64,000 nt of DNA from NCBI GenBank assembly GCA_045578085.1, contig JAZNJO010000063.1, positions 275 to 64,274 of the forward strand, written 5' to 3'. A program made the position numbers and the translations under genes. The notes beneath the pieces were generated by a model. It ran no database searches. It was not told the origin of the DNA and worked only from the letters and a program-made list of their open reading frames with translations. This document shows, in pieces, positions 7,179 to 17,075 of this stretch (within the stretch, counting starts at the first letter, position 1; every line of letters begins with the position of its first letter). This DNA is from Acutalibacteraceae bacterium (GTDB lineage: Bacteria; Bacillota; Clostridia; Oscillospirales; Acutalibacteraceae).

Positions 7179-10100
7179 TGTTTAACCTCCCGAATATAGC
7201 ATTAAAATAGTCGTCCTCTTCCTCCGGCTCGGTGACCTCTTTCTTATTTTGCGTATAGATGCGGGAGAGCACCCGACGGCGCTCATCATCCGTCATTTCG
7301 CTATAGAATTTGGTCACGTTGGTCTTTTTGCCGGTGGGTCCGGTCACCTGTACCTGATAAGGCCATTTATCATTGACAAAGTCCTCCACCGCCTGCCGGT
7401 TGGTGGCGCCCAGCTGCTTATTCACCCGCACATAGTCCAGTCCGTTATCCCGGGCTTCATCCCGGGTGATAGCGGTGGGTATGGCTTTGCTTTCTCCCTT
7501 CTTGCCGTACAGGCGCAGGATCTCCCGGCTGACGCGATCGCCCTTGCCGGTGCCGGTCTTGATATTGGCGGGCAGCGCCACCTGCTGCAATATGTTGAGC
7601 GCCGCATTGCCTGCGGTCGGCTTGCCGGTGCGGTATACCTCCTCGCCCCACACGTCCAGTTCCGGATCCAGCAAATAGGTCAGCCCGGGGATCTTCGCCA
7701 TCACCTGGTTGACCAGGGTCTCAAAGTCGCTGTCACCGGTGGTCTTGCGCTGCACCGGGTCGATGGCTCGGGCCGCCTGACCGAATACCGTCGGTATGCT
7801 CTGGCTGACCACGTTCTCCACCACACTGGCGGCAGTGGCGCTGGCGCCGGCATCATAGCCGCCCAGTATATCGTACAGGCTCTGCAGCATCGTCATTTCG
7901 AACAGACTGTCGGTGCCGTCCATCACGGCGCCGAATGCCGAGCTGAGGGATATATCATCCTCCGCCAACCGTTGACCCATACTGGCACCCACGATCAGCG
8001 GCGACGCCGCAGGCTGCAACCAGTCCAAAGAGACGGAAACGTCGCCCAACATCAGCGCGTTCTCCTGCCGTCCCGCCAGCTCATCCGCCGCCCGCTCCTT
8101 TTCGGTCTTGCCGAATCCGGTGTTGAACAGTCCGGCAGAGCCCAGCAACAGACCGATCGCCAGCAGAGCGGTGCCGGTGATGCCCTTGGCAAACTCATTG
8201 ATGATTTGCGCCGTGGTGGCACCGCCCTTGCCCCGGGCCGCCTGAATTAGATCAAAGGCGCCCTTGGCGATGCCCAGCGGACTGTGCAGTGCGGTCTGAA
8301 TGGCGATATTGGCCGGCGTTTTGTGGAAGGGGATCACCACGTCCACCATCTGTCCAAATAACCGACTCCCCGCTTTGCTCCCGTTCTGGTACCGTTTTAG
8401 GCTGCTGACCACCTCACTGATGACATTGTCCGCCCGGAAGGTGGCATCCAAAGCTCTCTTCATCGCCATAGCGTGCATTTCATCGGTGATCTCTGTCACA
8501 CCCCGCGCCGTCATCATCTGCCCCAGCGCGTCGATATACGCCGGTTTAAAGAACCACACGTCCTCCCGCTCCAACAGATCGCTGTTCCCTCGGTTAGCGG
8601 AGTTAAGGGCCTCGCCCACCTTGCTCTCACCGAAAAACTTGCGCCTGGTTTTCAGCTGTCCGGTGCCGGTCTCGTACTTGGCGCCGCGGTGTTGCATTTC
8701 CAGCACCGCCTCCTCGGCCCGCTTTTGCAGTTCCGGCAGGATCTTCCGGCCGTGCTCCGTGTGGCTCCATCCCAGCTGGGCGGTGCGCTTTTGCGGGTCT
8801 TTGAGGAACAGGCGTTCCAGTACCATCGCCACCAGATCGTCCGCCTTTCGCACACCCACATAGGCGGCGTTGGAGCCGATGTTTCGTAGGTGGGTCTTCA
8901 CATTGGCCAGCATACCGAATTTGCGCCACGCCTGCAGACGGTCCAGCCGGTTCACCGACATTTTGGCGCCGAGGAAATCGTAGATCTCGTCCATAGCATC
9001 CGCCTGTGCCACCGGATCCTCCGCCAGGCCCTGCGCCTTGGTGGCCAGCTCCACCAGCGTCTGCACGTCCCCGTCGGTCAGGGTGGGCAGCTCCAGCGCC
9101 TCCTCCAGCGCTTGGCGGGTTGCCGTGGCGGTCAGATGCCCTTTTTTATACACCTCGTATAGACGGTCCGCCAGGGCGCCGTCGTTTTTGCGGATCTTCT
9201 TGAGCACGTACCGCTTCACCTGCTCCGGCACGTTGGTGCTGTTTGTGATCACCTGCTGCAGCGACGCCTTGATCTGCTCTTTGGAGAGATAGTTGCCCTC
9301 AGTAGCAGCAAGGTCCTCAGATAATGCGTTCACCAACTGTGCTCGGGTGGCTCCTTCCATATTAGGGGTGCCGGTTCCCACGGTGCCGTCCCATACGGTT
9401 CCTTGCCCGGTGCGCTCACCGTCAGCCGCCGTACCACCGTCAATCCCTTTCAGCCGTGCCAGCCGCCCCAGAGCGCCCGCTATATCATCCGCCAGCATAT
9501 CCAGACCTTCGTCGGCGCCCTCGCCGATCACGTAGTCGGCTTCCGCCTTGATGGTCCGTTGCGCCGCTTTCAGCGTGCCCTCCGGGGTCAGCCGAGCCAT
9601 CATACTGAATGCCTGCACCGCCCGTCCCAGCTCGGTGCCCTTGCGGGACAGACCGGTGATCAGATCCATTGCCACCTGCCACTCGCCGTCGTTCAGGGCG
9701 TCGTTGATCAGCACCTGCGCCGCCGCCACGTCCACCGTGTTGAATAGATCGTGAGGGTTATACCGTCCAATGCGCTGCATCAGGCGCCGCTTGTACTTGT
9801 CGCTCCGCAGCTTGCCGTTGGCCCGCTCCAGCGTCTTTTCGTTGGCAATGGGGTTATAGGTCTCGCTGCGGCCCGCCAGCAGATCCACCAGCTCCTGATG
9901 GTGGTTGGCATCGGTGCCCCGCAGCCGTTTCTCATAGAATTGGCGGGTCTCGGTGCCCTCCTCGCCCGGCTCCAGCTGCAGCATATCCCATTTGCGGCGG
10001 GCGGCGAACAGCTGCAGGTCGATCTTCAGGCTGCCGAAGGTGTGCTCCTCCAGCGTGCCCTCCCGGGCCATCTGCAGCACCGTCTCCGCCTGCTCCTGCT

Positions 10101-13100
10101 CCAGCCGCTTTATGGTCTGCTGTAGGGCGGCGGGATCATTCGGCAGCGCCTGCTCATAGGCGTCCACGTAGGCATTTGCGTCCACCTGCCGGCCGTCGAT
10201 CTCCACCGTGCCGGTGGGGCGCCGGATCTGCGCTGCATTATACATACGCCGCAGCAGTTCCTCCTCGCCCAGATCACGGGCCAGCTCCTCCAGTGCGGTA
10301 TCCACATCCTCGTCCTGCATCCGGACTTGGCTCTCTTTCCGTCCTTGCATCGCCGTTTCCAGCACCGCCGCCTCGTCGATGGGCGTCGCATAGCCTCCCT
10401 CACCGAGGGAGGTGGCGTCTCCGACGCCGGAGGGAGTTTCCGCCCGCTCTCCGCTCGGGTCTATCAAGGCATCCCCGGTCATCCGCTCCGGCGGCAGATA
10501 CGCACCTTTGGAATAATTCTTCCCATTCTGCATAGACTGGGTATTGACACCGGATGTAACATCTGTTACACTAGTGTTAGAGACACCGTTTTGTAGAGCG
10601 TATCCCTCGTTTGGTTTGGGGCGCTCCAGGCCGTTGATTCGGTCGGCGGTGTCTCTTATATTTTTTGTGATATCATATATGTGGTAGGTTCCGTCGTTTT
10701 TACTCCTGCCCACATTGATGAAGGACGGGTACGTTTCGTTTTCAAACCTGACATCTGCCTTGTAGTAATAGAAGGAGTCAAATTTATTGTGCTCTGCATA
10801 AATATCTTTGGCATATAAGACGGCATTTTCAATTAATTTCCTTATTTCTGCTATTTCAGCCGTCTTCCTGCCTGCCGCCTTATTGGCAATATGCAGCGCA
10901 TCACTTTTATCCACAGTTGCCATTTTACCGTCACTTAGGCGAATTGGTTGACCTCCCAACACCTCGAGAATATACTCTTGGATTTTCTTGTATTTTGTTG
11001 ACCCTCGCAATCCTTCTACTCTTCTTGCCAATTCACTGTCTTTAGACAGATCAATAACCGGCACTTCTTGAATCGCATACTCCGCACTTCCCTCCCGGGC
11101 ACTGGTCCGGTTCTCCAGAGCCTTCATATACAGCCTCTCCAGACTGGCGATATCGCCGGCGGAGGGGCTGTTTTTTATGCCCACAGCCCGCCGCACCGCA
11201 TCCAGCGCCTGCAGGATGGCGTTGCCGGTGGAGGCGTCTCCCTCCACCACCATCTGGGCAAAGCCCCGCTCAAACAGATGCTCGGCGCACCACGCCGCCA
11301 CCGTTTCACGTGTAATCTGCTCCGGCGTCAGCTCGATCCCCCGCTCCGCATACTGGGTCTTGGTTTCGTCCTGCGCCGCCCGCCAGTTGGTCTCTCCCAT
11401 CATCCGTCGCACCGTTTTCTCCAGCGCGGCCAGTTGGCGGGTTCCCTCGGCGGTGTGGGTCATTTCGTGGGTCAGCAGTTGCCCCAGTAGGGCGGTGGTG
11501 TCCGTCTTGGGATTAAGCAGCACCGTGTCCGTGCTCGGATCATACAGACCCGCCTGCCCCTCGGCAAACTGCTCCGCCGGGGCAAATCGGACGGTCTGTC
11601 CCAGTTTCACCGCCGCCGCTGATAGCGTCTCTGCCACCTCGGGCTTTACCGTGGCCTGTTCGGCGCTCTCCAGCACCGCCCGCTCGATCTGGCGGGCACG
11701 CCGTGCCTCGGCGGTCTGACTCTCTTGGATCATTCGTCCCACCTGATAGGCGGACACCGATTGATTGTTCTTGACCCGCTGGGCGATCTGCTCCGCCATT
11801 TGGCGGGCTTCGGTTCCCTTGGCGTTGCTCAGACCGATTTCAATGGCGGTGTCTATGTTGACCCCGCCCTCCCCTTGCAGGAATTGGTTGCCCAGGGCGG
11901 ACACTTCTACGTGGTCTTTTACCAGCCCCACCGTGCTGAACGCCGTGGAGCTGCCGATGCCGCCGGCCATACCGCCCACGGTAGCCCACAGCACGTCGGT
12001 GGCCTTATCTCGGGCCGCCATCTGCCTCGCCTGCTCCGGGGTATAGCCCGCCTGCTCATAGGCAGCGACCTCTCGGGCGAGGTCGCTGTTGCCTCCCTGC
12101 AAAATAGAGTCGGCGGCAAGGTTGGCGATCTCAGTCAGCGCTTCCTCGGTGCCCTCGATGCCGCTTTGGCGGATGATGTTCTTTACCATGGCCCGCACTC
12201 CGCTGGTGCCGCCCGCCATATCCATCAGTTCATCCAGCGGTACCTTTTCCATCAGCGCCTCGATGGCGCCGCTGGCCACACTACCGGCTAGGATCTGCCA
12301 GTCCTGCGCACCGCTTTCGTAGAGTTCTTTCGCCTTATGGGTGGCGGCATCCGCACCGGCCAGAGCCAGATACCCCGGACCCAGTGCCAGACCACCCAAA
12401 GCGGCGTCTGCGGCACTCATACCGCCCTGATACAGGGTGGACGCCAGCTGTGCCAACCCCTCCGATTCGGTGCGACCTGCCACCCCCGTATAGATGTCCT
12501 GCGCCGTCTCTCCCCGCACCGTGTCGCTCACGGTCTGCAGATAGTGGGCGGTGCCATAGGGACTGTATTCTCCGCGTGCGGTCTCCGCTGCGTCGTTGAT
12601 CGCCGCCACAGCGGTACCGATGGGCTTGGTCAATAGCGTGCCGGCGTTCATCAGCGCACGGCCCAGTTTGCCGGCCTTGTCGTAGTTTTTCTTCGTATCG
12701 TATTCCGTGGCGGCAGTGTTGCGCCGTTGCAGGATGATCTTCAGATCGTCCAGGTACTCCTTGGCGGCCTCTGCCCCGGCAGTCTGATAGAGATAGTTGT
12801 ATTTGTCGCGCTCCTCCGCAGTCATCCACGTAAGCTCTCCGTAGACGTTTTCGCTGGCAACCGCACCCTTGTTCCGGCTTTCCTCCTGTTGCCCGGAGAC
12901 GCCGGCGGCGATGCGGTTGGCGATCTCCCGATTGTCCCAACCGTATTTTTTGGCCAATGCATCCGCATTGTCGTCGGTCACCCACCCGCCGTCCACCCAA
13001 CCATAGTGGTCCTCGTGGTTGTCGGGATAGGTCGTCCCATAAGTGTCCTTGTTCACCGCCTTGTAGATGGGGTCCTCGTCGTGACGCTGCACGCCCTTGT

Positions 13101-13602
13101 TGGCGTCATAATCCGCGTTGTCGGCAAGGGCACCGTACTTGGTCTGGATACCGGTTGCTCGGTCAAAGAGCACCTTCTCCGCCTTCAAGGCGTCGATGCG
13201 GCTCATCAGGCGCTCGTACTCCTCGGTCTCCCTCGGCCGAAACCCCTTATTATGCAGCGTCGCCGCCGGATGGGCAACGGTCAACGTCTTGCTCCTTGCC
13301 GCATCCGCTTGGCTTTGCAGGTCGGCAATGGCATTGTCGTACTCCGCGGCGGTCTTATAGGTCAAGTTGCTCAGATCCGCAGAGCCGTAGATATACTGCT
13401 CTCGGGAGGCATCCACCGTAGGGGCGGCAGGAGCTTCCGTGTTCACCGTAGTTTTTTGACGGATCCTCTTGAAAGAGTCCGCAATGTTGACCTCGCCGCC
13501 GGTGGGGCGGTTGCCTGTCTGCACACCGGTCGTTTGTGTCGCCGTATTACGATGTTCACGGATCCGCTTCAGCGAGTCCGCAATGTTGATTCCGTTGTTC
13601 AT
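7165..13602 (-). CDS. Giant virion (ejection/polyvalent-type) protein, 2145 aa, with HExxH motif and C-terminal TM segments
   Basis: Single uninterrupted ORF. Start trimmed to the ATG at 13602 behind GGGAGGAG. LLTHEMTHT lies at nt 11455-11469. TM-like ITGTALLAIGLLLGSAGLF is present. An AT-rich insert lies at about 10545-11075. The functional class is an inference. Confidence 0.6.
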   Translation of the reverse strand: MNNGINIADSLKRIREHRNTATQTTGVQTGNRPTGGEVNIADSFKRIRQKTTVNTEAPAAPTVDASREQYIYGSADLSNLTYKTAAEYDNAIADLQSQADAARSKTLTVAHPAATLHNKGFRPRETEEYERLMSRIDALKAEKVLFDRATGIQTKYGALADNADYDANKGVQRHDEDPIYKAVNKDTYGTTYPDNHEDHYGWVDGGWVTDDNADALAKKYGWDNREIANRIAAGVSGQQEESRNKGAVASENVYGELTWMTAEERDKYNYLYQTAGAEAAKEYLDDLKIILQRRNTAATEYDTKKNYDKAGKLGRALMNAGTLLTKPIGTAVAAINDAAETARGEYSPYGTAHYLQTVSDTVRGETAQDIYTGVAGRTESEGLAQLASTLYQGGMSAADAALGGLALGPGYLALAGADAATHKAKELYESGAQDWQILAGSVASGAIEALMEKVPLDELMDMAGGTSGVRAMVKNIIRQSGIEGTEEALTEIANLAADSILQGGNSDLAREVAAYEQAGYTPEQARQMAARDKATDVLWATVGGMAGGIGSSTAFSTVGLVKDHVEVSALGNQFLQGEGGVNIDTAIEIGLSNAKGTEARQMAEQIAQRVKNNQSVSAYQVGRMIQESQTAEARRARQIERAVLESAEQATVKPEVAETLSAAAVKLGQTVRFAPAEQFAEGQAGLYDPSTDTVLLNPKTDTTALLGQLLTHEMTHTAEGTRQLAALEKTVRRMMGETNWRAAQDETKTQYAERGIELTPEQITRETVAAWCAEHLFERGFAQMVVEGDASTGNAILQALDAVRRAVGIKNSPSAGDIASLERLYMKALENRTSAREGSAEYAIQEVPVIDLSKDSELARRVEGLRGSTKYKKIQEYILEVLGGQPIRLSDGKMATVDKSDALHIANKAAGRKTAEIAEIRKLIENAVLYAKDIYAEHNKFDSFYYYKADVRFENETYPSFINVGRSKNDGTYHIYDITKNIRDTADRINGLERPKPNEGYALQNGVSNTSVTDVTSGVNTQSMQNGKNYSKGAYLPPERMTGDALIDPSGERAETPSGVGDATSLGEGGYATPIDEAAVLETAMQGRKESQVRMQDEDVDTALEELARDLGEEELLRRMYNAAQIRRPTGTVEIDGRQVDANAYVDAYEQALPNDPAALQQTIKRLEQEQAETVLQMAREGTLEEHTFGSLKIDLQLFAARRKWDMLQLEPGEEGTETRQFYEKRLRGTDANHHQELVDLLAGRSETYNPIANEKTLERANGKLRSDKYKRRLMQRIGRYNPHDLFNTVDVAAAQVLINDALNDGEWQVAMDLITGLSRKGTELGRAVQAFSMMARLTPEGTLKAAQRTIKAEADYVIGEGADEGLDMLADDIAGALGRLARLKGIDGGTAADGERTGQGTVWDGTVGTGTPNMEGATRAQLVNALSEDLAATEGNYLSKEQIKASLQQVITNSTNVPEQVKRYVLKKIRKNDGALADRLYEVYKKGHLTATATRQALEEALELPTLTDGDVQTLVELATKAQGLAEDPVAQADAMDEIYDFLGAKMSVNRLDRLQAWRKFGMLANVKTHLRNIGSNAAYVGVRKADDLVAMVLERLFLKDPQKRTAQLGWSHTEHGRKILPELQKRAEEAVLEMQHRGAKYETGTGQLKTRRKFFGESKVGEALNSANRGNSDLLEREDVWFFKPAYIDALGQMMTARGVTEITDEMHAMAMKRALDATFRADNVISEVVSSLKRYQNGSKAGSRLFGQMVDVVIPFHKTPANIAIQTALHSPLGIAKGAFDLIQAARGKGGATTAQIINEFAKGITGTALLAIGLLLGSAGLFNTGFGKTEKERAADELAGRQENALMLGDVSVSLDWLQPAASPLIVGASMGQRLAEDDISLSSAFGAVMDGTDSLFEMTMLQSLYDILGGYDAGASATAASVVENVVSQSIPTVFGQAARAIDPVQRKTTGDSDFETLVNQVMAKIPGLTYLLDPELDVWGEEVYRTGKPTAGNAALNILQQVALPANIKTGTGKGDRVSREILRLYGKKGESKAIPTAITRDEARDNGLDYVRVNKQLGATNRQAVEDFVNDKWPYQVQVTGPTGKKTNVTKFYSEMTDDERRRVLSRIYTQNKKEVTEPEEEDDYFNAIFGRLNNGNS

Positions 13603-13619
13603 AGGCTCCTCCCGATCTC

Positions 13620-14858
13620 TCAAAACACTCCGTCGTTATAGATGGCCAGCGCGGTGTTGTAATCCACGCCCAAGTTGTTGCAGGCCGCTTTCAGGCGCTG
13701 CTCATTGTTTTCGGCTTTGGCATTTGGCCAGTTGGTTTTCACAAACAAGGCTGCCGAATACGTGAGGGTGGCATTTTGAGCGGCCGGACTCATCGCCTTA
13801 AACTGGGCGTTATTCTCGGTCTGACTTTTGATCTTATCCGCCACCGCTTCACCGTCGCCGGCTTTACCGCTCCAAAGAATGCCCGTGCCGGTCATCTTGG
13901 TGGACAGACCGGAGGCGAAGTTCAGCGCCTGCGCGGCAACGTGATCCGACACAGCTTGATTACCCTTTTCACCGCCACCGGCCTGCTCATAGATCGTTGC
14001 CTCCTCGTCGGAATAGCCGGCGCTGTAAGCTTCATAGTAGGCCGCCGTCCGCGAGTTATCCAAAGGTGTCAACCCTTTGAGGGTCAACTCCTGATCCCGC
14101 TCCGCTTGGTTCTGTTTCTCCTGCCAACCGCGGGCCGTCTGGTTCTCTTGGCTCTCCCATTCTCGCGCCAGTCGGCTTTGATCCTCCTGCCACTGACGGT
14201 TTCTGTCATTCTCTCCGGCGGTGAAATCCCGCTCCATCTGATTCTGTTGGCCCTGCCAATCGCGGGCCGTCTGGTTCTCCCGACTCTGCCACTGACGATT
14301 TCTCTCGCTCTCCGCAAGAGATTCATCAAACTGATACTCACTCTCCGCCTGCTGACGAGCCTGTGCGGGCATATCCGCCATCATTTGGGTGTACCAGCTG
14401 TAGGTGTCTCGATCAATATCGATCTCGTTCTGGGCCTTTTTGCCCTCCGCCTCCGCCGTCAGCCGAGCGATGGCGTTTCTTGCCTCCTGGATCTTCTTTT
14501 GCTCGGCGCTGCGCACCCCGGCATCCGCGCGGCTTTTCTGCACCTCCAGTGCCGTATGCATACTGCCGGATAGGCCACTGTCGGTCATACCCATGTTGGC
14601 CAGGCTCTCCTTGATGCGCATACGGCTCACCGCGTCCGCCATGGCGTTCTTGTCATAGCCGGCCTGGCTCTCCATCGGCGCATTGTCGATCTGTTGCTGA
14701 TACTGGCCTGTGGCAGCTTTGGTTGCCGTGTCGATACTTTTGTTGATCTTGTCGATGGTTTCCGCATCCGCCGCCTTACGGTTGGCGTGCTGCTCATCCA
14801 CAGCGCTCTTGTTCTGCGCATAGATCTCATCATAGGTCTGCTGGCGCGTTTTTGTCAT
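13620..14858 (-). CDS. Virion-associated protein, Gln/Glu/Arg/Trp-rich repeats (412 aa)
   Basis: Repeats RNRQWQSRENQTARDWQGQQNQMERD / RNRQWQEDQSRLAREWESQENQTARGWQEKQNQAERD. The gene is tightly packed between the 734-aa and giant genes. Confidence 0.5.
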   Translation of the reverse strand: MTKTRQQTYDEIYAQNKSAVDEQHANRKAADAETIDKINKSIDTATKAATGQYQQQIDNAPMESQAGYDKNAMADAVSRMRIKESLANMGMTDSGLSGSMHTALEVQKSRADAGVRSAEQKKIQEARNAIARLTAEAEGKKAQNEIDIDRDTYSWYTQMMADMPAQARQQAESEYQFDESLAESERNRQWQSRENQTARDWQGQQNQMERDFTAGENDRNRQWQEDQSRLAREWESQENQTARGWQEKQNQAERDQELTLKGLTPLDNSRTAAYYEAYSAGYSDEEATIYEQAGGGEKGNQAVSDHVAAQALNFASGLSTKMTGTGILWSGKAGDGEAVADKIKSQTENNAQFKAMSPAAQNATLTYSAALFVKTNWPNAKAENNEQRLKAACNNLGVDYNTALAIYNDGVF

Positions 14859-17063
14859 TTATCTCACAACTCCTTGCATTTTGACTTTAACCGTGATTCC
14901 GTCCACGGCCATCGGCGCTTCGCTTTCAAAGCGGAAGGCCACCGCCTGCACCATCCGCACGTTGGGGGTGGTCCGCATCCGTCGAATGAAGCCGGTTTGA
15001 TTTTGCAGTCCCTGCTCCGTCAGGCGATAGCCGTCCTGCAGTTCGCCTTTTTCCGTCACATAGGAGACGCGGACGCTCCCACCGGCAGGGAATCCTATGC
15101 CCACGTACATCTGCTCAACGCTCTTTTTCTGATCTGCTCTATCGAAGTCCCACATCTTGGTGGTAAAGCAGCTGTGTACGGGTTCGTCACCGTCCGTATC
15201 GCCCTCCGGCACCGCCACCACACTTTTGCCGGTGCGCTCATCCGTCGCCGTCATCAGCATCGTCGTGTCGTCCGATACCAGTCCGGTAAAGGTCAGATGG
15301 GACGGAAACTCCCACACAAACCACGGTAACGCCTTGCGGGCGCTGTCCTCGTCGTTGTAGTAGTTAAAGCTGCCAAAGGCGCTGGTTTGCGTGTCCAGCA
15401 GATACATGCGGTTGTCCACCAGCACGATGTAGAACCCGTAGTATTCGCCCGCCACGGCTCTTTGCAGCGCGTCCCGCCCATGGGCCGTCATCTGCTGGCG
15501 GACGTTGCGGGAGATCATGCGCACGTTGCGCTCGCTGTACTGGTTCACCGTGGTGAGCATATACACCTGCCCCTTGCTGTCCGCCCACACCAGGCGGTTG
15601 TTCACCAGCCGCAGGGTGTCGGGGCAGTCGCACCCGATGACCGAGTGAATGGGGGTGATGGGGAACTGCGCCAAATAGTTGTTCAGCGCAACGCCGCCGC
15701 TTTCAGCAAAGGCCATACTCTCCTCCGTTCCGGAGGAGTACTCCGCCATATAGATCTCGTGTTCTTTGAAGATGATCAGCAGATTTTCCTGTTTTCCGAA
15801 GGCGGTGACCGCTTGGGAGCTGTCGCCGATGTAGCAACAATCCTTCTCGGGGAAATACAGCGCATTGTTGAGCCCGCTCCAGTGGATCAGATTGGGCTTG
15901 TCGGGGTTACCGCATACGAATAGGCGGGTACCGCCGGCAATGCCGCTTCGATCGCCGCCAAACCAAACACAACGGGTCATTTGGCATATCGTCAGGCGGT
16001 TTTGCTCGTATTCCCGAGAGCGCCACGCGGTTATTTTCAGATTGTTATCCGCCACAAAGGGCAATGCCGCATCAATATGGGTTTCCCCCTGATTGACGCC
16101 AATCAGTTTGAAGGAGATCGTGCCCTTTTCCGGCTTCATCGTTACCCGCAGTTTGACGCTGGTATAGGTCTCGGCGCTTTCTCCTATCTCGCCCGGCGTC
16201 AGATCCACGTCAGTCGGCAGCACGGCACCGATCGTCTTATCCACTTTCAGTGTGATCGGCACCACTCGCAGGGAGGAGGTATTCTTATCCCACAGGGTCA
16301 GCTCGATTTTGGCGGCGGTGCCGTCCTTTTCGTCCGCACGGTAGGTCCCCGGCAGATCGGTGGTCAGGTTGGTTTGCGGCAGTTGCCACGTATTAGATAC
16401 ACCGTCCGTCGTAAAGGTGCAGGCAAAGGCGCGGGTCAGCATGTTATAGTCCTCATAGACAGCGGCGCCGCTTTCCTCCGTATATTCCTCTCCTCTTCCG
16501 TTGATCATAACAGTGGGTACATAAGGTTCTGCATTGATCCATCCGGAATCTCCGGACGGTACCTGCGTGCCCCAGTTTTCTTTCAGCACACTGCCGTCTG
16601 ACAGGAAATAGTACCAGTTGGTGCCCTCGGCGGATGCTCTGCCGCCCGCCTTGATACCCAAGGCGGTCAACCTGTTCACCGATTCCCGCATCGCGGCGCG
16701 GTAGATCTGTCCGGCGGCACCGGCGTTGGCGCCGGTATGCCACACGTCCCCCTCCGCCGACAATACGGCAGATACGAACTCCAGCACTCCGCCCTCCCCC
16801 TCCTGCAGGTTTGTCAGCAAGGTCTCTCGCTCGTTGACGCACTGGCGGATGTTGTAGTCCGATACCGGTGTGTGATAGGTGTCCTTGCTACTCAGTTTCA
16901 GTCCGGGGCGGGTGCGCAGGGCGCCTTGGTGCCACCACATATTCAGGCATTCCGTCAGCTGGTTATCCGCTATTTTGTTGGGACGGTCAAACAGATTCAC
17001 GCCGCCTGACATCTGCGGCACCTCAACGGTAGCCCTCGCGTTAGGTCTCATCGCGTATCTCAT
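14859..17063 (-). CDS. Virion structural protein (734 aa), putative tail hub/nozzle
   Basis: Large ORF directly downstream of the portal, with RBS GGAGGGAACCT-ATG. No motif was recognised by eye, so the role is inferred from position only. Confidence 0.5.
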   Translation of the reverse strand: MRYAMRPNARATVEVPQMSGGVNLFDRPNKIADNQLTECLNMWWHQGALRTRPGLKLSSKDTYHTPVSDYNIRQCVNERETLLTNLQEGEGGVLEFVSAVLSAEGDVWHTGANAGAAGQIYRAAMRESVNRLTALGIKAGGRASAEGTNWYYFLSDGSVLKENWGTQVPSGDSGWINAEPYVPTVMINGRGEEYTEESGAAVYEDYNMLTRAFACTFTTDGVSNTWQLPQTNLTTDLPGTYRADEKDGTAAKIELTLWDKNTSSLRVVPITLKVDKTIGAVLPTDVDLTPGEIGESAETYTSVKLRVTMKPEKGTISFKLIGVNQGETHIDAALPFVADNNLKITAWRSREYEQNRLTICQMTRCVWFGGDRSGIAGGTRLFVCGNPDKPNLIHWSGLNNALYFPEKDCCYIGDSSQAVTAFGKQENLLIIFKEHEIYMAEYSSGTEESMAFAESGGVALNNYLAQFPITPIHSVIGCDCPDTLRLVNNRLVWADSKGQVYMLTTVNQYSERNVRMISRNVRQQMTAHGRDALQRAVAGEYYGFYIVLVDNRMYLLDTQTSAFGSFNYYNDEDSARKALPWFVWEFPSHLTFTGLVSDDTTMLMTATDERTGKSVVAVPEGDTDGDEPVHSCFTTKMWDFDRADQKKSVEQMYVGIGFPAGGSVRVSYVTEKGELQDGYRLTEQGLQNQTGFIRRMRTTPNVRMVQAVAFRFESEAPMAVDGITVKVKMQGVVR

Positions 17064-17075
17064 AGGTTCCCTCCG

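Noticed and set aside
7165-13602. Tape-measure protein assignment for the 2145-aa ORF
   Set aside because: Not favoured, because no major tail, tail-tube or chaperone-frameshift genes precede it. It also contains an HExxH motif and a foreign domain insert. It cannot be excluded without profile searches.
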